Positions 55,358 to 64,000 of a stretch of DNA of 64,000 nt are shown piece after piece. Numbering within the stretch: position 1 is the first letter of the stretch; every line of letters begins with the position of its first letter. Below the pieces are notes generated by a model. It was not told the DNA's origin and made no database searches. It was given only the letters and a program-made list of their open reading frames with translations. This DNA comes from the human T2T-CHM13v2.0 reference genome, Homo sapiens. Both the position numbers and the translations under genes were made by a program. The stretch is taken from NCBI RefSeq assembly GCF_009914755.1, contig NC_060925.1. One strand, given 5' to 3'.

Positions 55358-57429
55358 TGATATCACTTTGATTATAGGATTTTCATGAAACAATTACTGC
55401 TCTATGTCCTGGCCCAGATCTAAAATGAGCAAAGAACAAACATACAAAGCTTAGAAGAGCAAGATTCTGCTTTGTTTCATTGTTATTCTCAGCCAAATCT
55501 TCATGCCTTTTGGGGCAACTGACAAAAAACAAAAGTTAGCATCATTTATATAAAAACACTCCTGACTCAAATCTTTCTTTAAAAAGCTAAAATACTTTAA
55601 AACTCTAATTTTTAAGGTAAAAGACAAGGGCATAAATGGCTTCTCAAGTAACCCAATCAACATTTACAATCATCAATACATAGTTCTGGTTGCAAGGAGA
55701 AGGACAATTTTATAAATAATAAATAGAAGATAGGGATTATATGAGTAGGGAGGGGAAACTAAATTGTGCAAAAAGAGGCCCTCAAGGAAGAAAGTGGATA
55801 GTTAAAATATAGATTGGTTAAAATTGTTTGAGGCTCTTCCGTAGCTGAGAAAGGTGATTTGATTAAAAACACCAGTAATTTTGTTCCATATGTAAACTGA
55901 CAAGTATGTCTATAAATCCACACCACCCACCCATATTTTCATTTAAAGGAAAACTAGGAAACAATTACACCCAGATTGTGTATGTTTAATGTACTAAATT
56001 ACTATCAAATGAAGATTGAGACATTAACTTTTTCTCTAATGCAAACTTTTTTATGTGTCAATTTAAAATGTTCTTATAAATGTAAGTAAATTTTATTTGT
56101 TTCTACTTAGCCTAAAATAAGAAATTGTATAGCCTCAGCTGGAAAATATCAATTACACAGTCTTTGTTTCTTTGCAACTACTTCCCAGTAGATTTTTCTA
56201 TTATTTAAAATTTTAGCAAATTTAATTTTTATTTTTTATAAACTGTAAGATTCTTGCAGTTTTTTTAAAAAAATTGATACCAACATTCAGTAACTATTAG
56301 GAAATATTTTTTGTATTTACTACCTGTCTAGTATTTAGAGAATTGCTTTCCCTATTTTGGATTAATCATTGTTTAATTTCTAAATCCAAGGGATTAATAT
56401 ATAAAACCTTAAATATTAAAGAAAAATTAATTATGTTCATTATTATTTCTATAATATTTCATACAAACCCATAATCTTAACAAGCATTTCATTCATTTAT
56501 TCATTCGCCCATTCAACAATATGTCTGTATTTCTTTATTACCAAAGCTTAACTTTTTTGACTTTGATTTGTGAAAGCTTATTGCTAGGTGGATGCCATAT
56601 TGTGCCTGGTGCTGTAATACACTGTATTTAACTGTCAATATCTATAAACATTTCTCAATATGACCTGTGAATGTTAGACTGTTTACAGCATTTCCTGCAA
56701 TTATCTCTTCAGAAATGTGACAGAGGAAATGGGCTCGTGTCACCCATAGGATTTGAGAAACGTCTAGTGAAAATCATTGTAACTTGGCTTCAATTTGTAA
56801 GGCATTACACATCAGTTATTACCATGCACTTAGATTATTTTTGTGTCTTGTAAAATATTTTAGGGTGGTTTTTATTGCTCTTCCTTGACAACCTTCTGGT
56901 GTCTGTGTCACTATTATTTCCATTTTTAACGGAGTTCTTTGATTACTTAAGGGATAGGCCAACATTTGGGGTTAATTACCAACCTCCTTTGTTAGAAAGC
57001 ATTACCTAAAAGAGGAAGAAAGAGAGGAGACAAAGAAAACTGAAGTTCAAAGAATGGGGAATAAACAATGGACTTGTTTTATTTGTCTTATTAATATGGC
57101 CTGTATGATGTAGATGGCATTATTTTATATGTACTTTGGTGAGTTACAAGGTAGACAGAAATATAACAGAATTTTACAGCTAAAAACTCACTCTTTTTTT
57201 GTTTTTCAGTGAGGAAAGATCTAAAAGGAAAATAAAGTTCAAGTCTCCTAACTCTCATGCAAACATTTCTTCTATTTCTCATATTAAATCTCCATCCTGC
57301 CTACAAGAAGCATAACATCTCAAAACAGGAACATCATATATAAATATAAGTACTGAATTTCCTCTTCCTGTACAAACATGTATGTGCATGAGCAAAAATT
57401 TCAATCACACCCAAAGACACATAGTTGTC

Positions 57430-57675
57430 ATAGTTAACACTTTCTAAGTGCCTACTAGGTACTAAATGTTTTGTTTTGTCTTCATCAACTCATTAATAAA
57501 ACACACACACAACTCTATAAGGTAGTTTAGTGTAGGTAGATTCTTTTACAGATGAGGAAATAGAGAACTGAAGAGATTAAATAATTTCCTCCTTATCTTA
57601 GAGGTAGTAAATGGCAAATCCACACACAGCCCAGATGTTTCTAACCCCAAAACAATGATCCCAGCCACTATGTGT
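57430..57675 (-). mobile_element. MIR SINE
   Basis: TTTTACAGATGAGGAAA..AGAGATTAAATAATTT. Confidence 0.7.
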
Positions 57676-57781
57676 ATATTCATAGTCACTGATGTCAAAT
57701 CCTTTTTCAAAATTAAGTGTGGATGGTGGGAAGTGCGTTGTGTACATAGAGGGTAGATGAAAGGAACTCTGTTAAAGTCAA

Positions 57782-58353
57782 TGTACTAGTGACACATAGC
57801 TGTGTAACAAATTACCCCCAGAACTTAACAGCTTAAGGGAACAAACATATTATCTGTGGGTTAGGATTGGGCACAGCTGAATTGGGTTCTCTAAGTCAGG
57901 CCTCTCATGAGGCTGCTATCCAGGTGACCACGAGGGTTGTAGTTATCGCAAGGTTAGACCGGAGGAGGATCCACTCCCAAGCTTATTCACATAGATGTTG
58001 ACAAGATTCAGTTCCTCGTGGGTTGTTGGACTAACGGTCTCATTTTCTCATTATCTATTGGCCGGAGCCTCCCTCAGTGCCTTGCCACATGCACCTCTCC
58101 TTAGGGCAAACCAGAGAATGGCATTAGATTCCATCAAGATGAGCAAGGAAGAGAGCAAGTGAGGGTGGACAAGACAGAAGCCAGAGTCTTTTTATAGTCT
58201 TATCTCAGAAGTGACATCTCATCTCTTGCCATATTCTGTTCATTAGAAAAATGCAAGTTACTAGGTCCAGCCCATGCTGAAGGGGAGGGAATTATACATG
58301 CATACCAAGAGGAGGGGATTCACTGGGAGCCACCTGAGAAGCTGCCCACCACA
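57782..58353 (-). mobile_element. MLT1F-type MaLR solo LTR
   Basis: TGTACTAG..GCTGTGTAACAAATTACCCC..GCTGCCCACCACA; 5-bp TSD GTCAA on both sides. Confidence 0.9.
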
Positions 58354-58637
58354 GTCAAGAAAGTGTTCTCAGAGGATATTGAGGACTATGTTCAGTTGAC
58401 TCTAGTCTATATGTCTGGCTGCAGAAAATTTCCTGAATGAATGTCTTATGGTAGCCTCCATCCTAATTCAGGCAGAGCCTAACATTAGCCAGAATGAACA
58501 TGCCAACCTCCAGCACTGCCTGAGAGAAGCTGTAATTCTGATAAGGAGTCATCTAGCACAAAATTAATTTCTTTCAGAATTAAATTTTCATTTCAAATAT
58601 CAAAAAAGTCAGTGGATATAAATAACTATTTTTATAT

Positions 58638-58855
58638 AATATAGTGGCAAGAAGGTGGGTTCTGAAATCTTCTGACCGCATTTACAGATACATCTCAAAG
58701 ACAACAGCTGTTTGAACACAGGCAACTGAGGCTCTTAACCTATTAGAGCTTCAGTTTCCTGACTGTGATTCAGGGACATAGTGCTACTATGAAGTTTAAA
58801 TAAGATGACGTATGTGACAGGATTTTGTTAACTAGAAAGTGCAACATACAAATAC
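58638..58855 (+). mobile_element. MIR SINE
   Basis: CTTAACCTATTAGAGCTTCAGTTTCCT..TTAAATAAGATGACGTATGTG. Confidence 0.65.
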
Positions 58856-59765
58856 AAACTTTGCACTCTCCTTAGCTACAGAACAGGATAGAATGTTAAG
58901 AACAGCACTTAGCATGCTATTTCACTATCTTATTAGAGCAATAAATATCTTTGGAATATGGATGATGAATGAACTGTGTTGTTAACAGTATTCAAAGCGC
59001 TATGAGTATCCACATTTGTTGTTGATCTACTAAAGAGAAAAAAAGGATTCCCAGGCAGTTTTGTTTCAAAGAGGCACTTGTGTTTTTGAACTGCTTGCCT
59101 TGACCATGCTGCAGAGGTTTTGAGGCAATGCGCAAGCTTTCTGCCGCATTGAAAACTTCTGGCAGCATGTGCTTCCCTCAGCCATTTTCCTTCATTTCAT
59201 GCTGCCCCTAGTTAAAATGTTCCTGTTGTGTGTGTGTCTTTGACTTGAGAGAAAACATTTTCTCATATCATGTAAGAACTACATGGAGTGTAGGCCCCTG
59301 ATGGACCAGAAAAGCACATTAGCCTTTCTTCTTTAGTGGCCCAGATTGAAATCTCATCTGATGTTTTCCCATTAGAAATGAGATGGTGAGATATTTTCTG
59401 GGAAGTGATTTAGGTACACTAAAACAATCTATAAGGATCTATTGATTAGAAGTAGATGACTCAAACTTGATTTGTGTGCACTGAAGTACCTTGGAAGGTG
59501 ATGCGATTGACAGGCTATGTGGAATAGATTTGGGACTGGAATAGTTAAGATACTGCAGCTTTGCAGAGGGGTACAGAAGCAGAGGAGTAATTTGTGGAGA
59601 ACTATAAATGGAGGAAGAAAATATAGAATTTAGACTACAGAAAGCACATATTCTATTTTTAGTAATATATCTATAAATTCAAACAAACAAAACAAGGAGT
59701 TTTCATACAGAGAGTTATAAGAAGAAGGAAATTCCAGGGTGTTCTATAAACTTTGAAAATATATT

Positions 59766-59801
59766 CAAACATGTATTGGTTCCTGCAAACATGTATTGGT
59801 T
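59766..59801. repeat. 16-bp direct repeat, 20-bp period
   Basis: CAAACATGTATTGGTT x2. Confidence 0.9.
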
Positions 59802-60768
59802 GCCATTAGGTTGTTCCTGATTAGTTTTTGTCCACCACATAGTTTTAAAATAATTTAACAGCAGATAATAATGGTATTACCCCTCTAACTAGAATCAAAC
59901 AAATAAACAAAACCTGAATCCAAATGGCCTGTTCATAATCTTATAGTAGTCCATCATAGTTGAGACCGGAAAATAATAAAGTGATGATTTATACTTGAAT
60001 AATGTGGTTAAAATGTAAATTAACGTAATAAGTCAAACTCTAGCCAACTCTGAAAATGCAGGAGTCTATTGAAAATTTTGCATTCATTATATTCTGACTT
60101 CCTCCCCACTTTACATGGAACTCTGTTCCACAAATTTACTTGGAACTGAAATCATCATATAGGCAATATTTAAGATAATATGATATTAGGTATCTCCCAG
60201 GTACATTTTGCCTGGGACAAATCTTCCCTCTGCTCCAGGCAAATATGAATATGCCTTACAGGAAAGCCTAAGAAAGAGAGAACAGGAAAAGGGTGACTTC
60301 TTTGAGCCTAGCTGGTGACTCTATTAAGCTAAATGTTATCCTTAAAATATTTTACTTATTTTATATAAATAGGAAAGTATTATCTGATAGCATTTTATTT
60401 ATTCTGAAAATATTTCTCGATATTTCAGTTTGAAGAAATTTCATAATTAATCATGGTGTTAAGGCAATAAAGACATTCAATTATATTAAAAATCATAAAT
60501 TTGAAACAAATAAATTTAAATTTCATCTGAGCAGCTCAACTTTTCACAAACCAGCTAAATAAATTTCGTAGTATCTGTATATGCAAATTACTTCAAGGGG
60601 CAGAAATTCTCTAGTATGCTTAACTTACAGCATTTAAAAATAACATAAAGATTCATCTTTTTAGACTTTATTAACAATGTGGGGATCAGAGGGGCATGAG
60701 CTAACAGCTAAGATAATTGCTGTGGAATCAGCTGTTCTTTTTGAAGATCTAGTCATAAATTATCTAGT

Positions 60769-60971
60769 CCTGCACTGTTCAACATAGTAGTCACTATCAA
60801 CATATGCCTATTTAAATGAATTAAAATAAGCAAAATTTAAAATTCAATACTTCAGTCACACTAGCCACATTTCAAGTGTTCAATAGTCACATACAGCTGG
60901 TGGCTACAGCATTGGACAACACAGGTATAAAACATTTCCGTCATCACAGAAAGTTATATTGTACAGCACTG
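60769..60971 (+). mobile_element. MER3 (hAT-Charlie) relic
   Basis: CAGTCACACTAGCCACATTTCAAGTGTTCAATAG..CATCACAGAAAGTTATATTGTACAGCACTG. Confidence 0.85.
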
Positions 60972-62744
60972 AATTCTCCCTCCCATTTGTGTGTCCCTAT
61001 GTCTGATCTATATCATGAATACAATAAGGAAAATATGTAGGGCACTCGGTACTTATCCGGAATGCTGAAAATAAGATAGAACTTATCTTCCTCTTCAAAA
61101 GTTAATGAACACAAAACACTTCGTGTCCCAAGATGTTCTTATTAAGCCATGAAAGTTACAAGAAAATTAGGGGTGGAAATATTGAGAATTATATATTAGG
61201 TTCAATGAAGCACTAAAATATACTTGTCAAGTCCCCATTTGTCCGCTGTGTTTGGAATGAAGTAAGTGGAAAAGAGCATAAAAATGTTAAAATGCTTTTT
61301 ACACAAAACAAACAATATTATGAAAGGAAATTCTTAATGTGTGTAAAGATTAAAATATTGTTGAAACAAACTAGCTGATAGAGTAGGATGGGCTTCACTC
61401 TATTGGGAAAAAGATATTTTTCCCTCTATGATTCCAATAGTTTATTCCTGCAAGACTTAAACTGAATGTGTTTAAATGTTCAAGGTCATAAATAGCAAGA
61501 TAAGTCATAGTATTTCTTTGTATCTGAAAACTTACATGTATTGCATTACTGTAATACTTTTTTTTAAGTCTGCTTGCCCAGTTTTTTCTAATTTTTTCTG
61601 TTGGTTGTACGTTGAAATACAATGGCTTCGAAAAAAAAATCTAGAATTCTGAAACCTCAAAATTAACCATTAATATGATGGCTAAAATAGAAGGCAGATT
61701 TTCTCTTTAAAAAAATTATATAGTGGTGTTTTCCACTGTTAAAAAAGGAAAACTGAAGGAATGGCTTTTCTTCCATGCAATGTATTTCTAGAAAGAGGGA
61801 TCATTGTCTCTGAACTTTCTTGACCTTAGCCTGTTCTCTTTTGCTAAAGTCATTAAAATGATTAGAACCTCAAGGAGGGTTACAGTGTTATATTCTTTTT
61901 CTCTTTTTAAGTTACTCTGAGCTGAATCAACCAGGTTTAAACCTTGCACACATCCTATTAATCCCATCTAGCTTTTCTGTCTGCCTGGATGAGTTTCTTC
62001 AACAGATTCTCTGAATATGCGTTAAAAAACATAAATCACTGGATTAAACTTGTAGAGAATGATGAAAGCTAAATTCGTGTATATACATGTGGCAGGACAA
62101 ATGTACCCTTTTATTATTTAACCTGAATGAAAGCAATAAATTTGAAACAGGTTTAACTGATGATATTGGTAATCCACAACAGATTTTGTAAGTGTTTTTG
62201 AATGAACGTTGGTTTTGTTCAATAATCCCTTGGATTAAAGAAGGGTTAGATAACTCAAACAATCTGCAAAGAATCATATTATTTTGCTATTTATCTTTTA
62301 TTTTTACCAAAAAAATGATAAGTATGGTTTAGGCTTTAGCAAATTAAACCAAAAACTGAATTATTCAATTCATTTTTTAAAATTTGTGGCTAGGATTACC
62401 CAAGAACATTTTTACCTATGTTCTTGGATAGCAGCCTGTTCTCCATCCTCTACTGTTAATACATAGTGTTATGTAGCAATAATACAGATCTTATTTTTAG
62501 GTAGACTGACAATAGCTTCTCAATTACTTGCTTTGCTGATCTATCGCATCCCCTTTAGGTCTTCCAAATTTTATAAACTTTAAAATGTAGAATAAAAATT
62601 CTTTAAATTTCCTCTGTATAGCCACTTATTTCCCTACCTCAACCCCTGCCCACATTCAAATAAAAGGTTTGAAAGAATTATTAGGTGGGTACTGGTATTC
62701 AGTTCTAATAATAATTAAAAGTGAATAATTGTTTGTTTATTTAG

Positions 62745-62925
62745 CAATTACTAGATGGTAGAAAGTCTCTTCATCCATTATCTCATTGAATTCCTCACAA
62801 AAACACTGTGAGACAGAGAGAATTTTTTCCCCATTTTTCCACGAGACAATTAAGTTACATGATAAATTAATATACCCAAGGTCACACATCTAGCAAGTGG
62901 TAGATCCGGGGTTCAAACACACCCA
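62745..62925 (-). mobile_element. MIR SINE
   Basis: CCCAAGGTCACACATCTAGCAAGTGGTAGATCCGGGGTTCAAAC. Confidence 0.8.
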
Positions 62926-62929
62926 CATC

Positions 62930-63812
62930 CATACTAGTTATCTATTGCAGCATAACAAATTATTCTAAAAAGTAATGGCTTAAAACAGTAAACTTTTATT
63001 ACCATAGATTCTGAGTCAGGAATTAAGGGATGGCTTAGTTTGTTGGTTCTGGCTCAAGGTCTCTTAGGAGATTGTCGTCAAGATGTCAGCATGTAGGCCA
63101 GGTGCAATGGCTCACTCCTATGATCTTAGCACTTTAGGAGACTGAGGCAAGAGGACCACTTGAGGCCAGGAGTTCGAGACCAGCCTAGTCAACCTAATGA
63201 GACTCAGTCTCTACATAAAAGAAGAAAAACTTAGCCAGGCATGGTGGTGCACATCTGTAGTCCCAACTACTGGGGAGGCAGAGGTGAGAGGATTGCTTAA
63301 GTCTGTGAGTTCAAGGTTGCAGTGAGCTATGATCATGCCACTGCACTCCAGCCCTGATGACAGAGCCAGACCTTGTCTCTAAAAACAAATTTAATTTAAA
63401 ATTAAAAATTAAACCAAAAAAGATGTCAGTAGAAATGTCAGCCATCTAAAGGTTTGACTGGGGCTTGAAGGTATGCTTCTAAGATGCCTCACTCACATGG
63501 GTATTGGCAGGGTGCCTAAGTTTCTCCCTAGCTGTTGGCAGAAAGCTCAGTTTCTTGCTCCATGGACCCTTCCAAAGAGCTGCTTGAGTGTCCTCTCAAC
63601 GCATCTTAACCAATTCTTTCAAAGCAAAACAGAAGTCACAACATCATAGTCCCTCAGAAGTCACTCCAAAATTTCTGCAATATCCTATTGGTTACACAAA
63701 TCAGCCCTACACTACAGCCTACACAAATCAGGGTGACACTACACAAGGAAGTGATTATCAAGGAACAGGGATCACTTGGACCATCTTGGAACCTGGCTAT
63801 GTTCCCAGCACA
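62930..63812 (-). mobile_element. MLT1G/H-type MaLR LTR split by an AluJ
   Basis: TAGTTATCTATTGCAGCATAACAAATTA..TGGCTTAAAACAG..GGATCACTTGGACCATCTTGGA. Confidence 0.85.
63096..63419 (+). mobile_element. AluJ SINE
   Basis: J diagnostics; TSD AAGATGTCAG(C/T)A. Confidence 0.92.
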
Positions 63813-63947
63813 AAATATATTATTAGAAAAGTTAGACAGTCTTGGTTTTTTTGTCTGTACTTACTGAATGAAGAAACTGCACTGAAAAGCTATATCCAAC
63901 TGTAATTGCTACTCATTCATATTTTTAACATGGAGGATATTACATTC

Positions 63948-64000
63948 GTTTGTTTGTTTGTTTGTTTGTTTTTGACATGGAGTCTCACTCTGTCACCCAG
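63948..64000 (-). mobile_element. Alu 3' end with (GTTT)n tail, cut by window end
   Basis: GGAGTCTCACTCTGTCACCCAG. Confidence 0.88.

Overview
Primate (human-like) nuclear DNA: AT-rich, non-coding, and dense in interspersed repeats (about 30 Alu copies or fragments from FLAM/FRAM/AluJ to AluY, many MIR and L2 relics, an old L1M, MaLR/ERVL solo LTRs, hAT and Tigger relics). I find no intact protein-coding exon. The ORF track is essentially Alu, simple-repeat or chance ORFs. The one gene-derived element is a processed MED28 pseudogene on the minus strand (~49480-51425), with a lost start codon, two in-frame stops and three structurally abnormal Alu insertions. The most interesting signals are: (i) a possible minus-strand spliced non-coding transcript starting in the retrocopy (latent donor at 51233) and ending ~44 kb away in a textbook terminal exon with a poly(A) site (7439-7604); (ii) an inverted Alu pair whose internal deletions are complementary; (iii) a 15-bp Alu stub whose tail became a ~175-bp purine microsatellite inside the MED28 reading frame; (iv) an ancient ~150-bp local duplication; (v) several repeat-free blocks with enhancer-like motif clusters. 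I see no clear evidence of a wholly new biological system. Repeat subfamily names come from remembered consensus sequences and need RepeatMasker/Dfam confirmation. Boundaries of old repeats are approximate.
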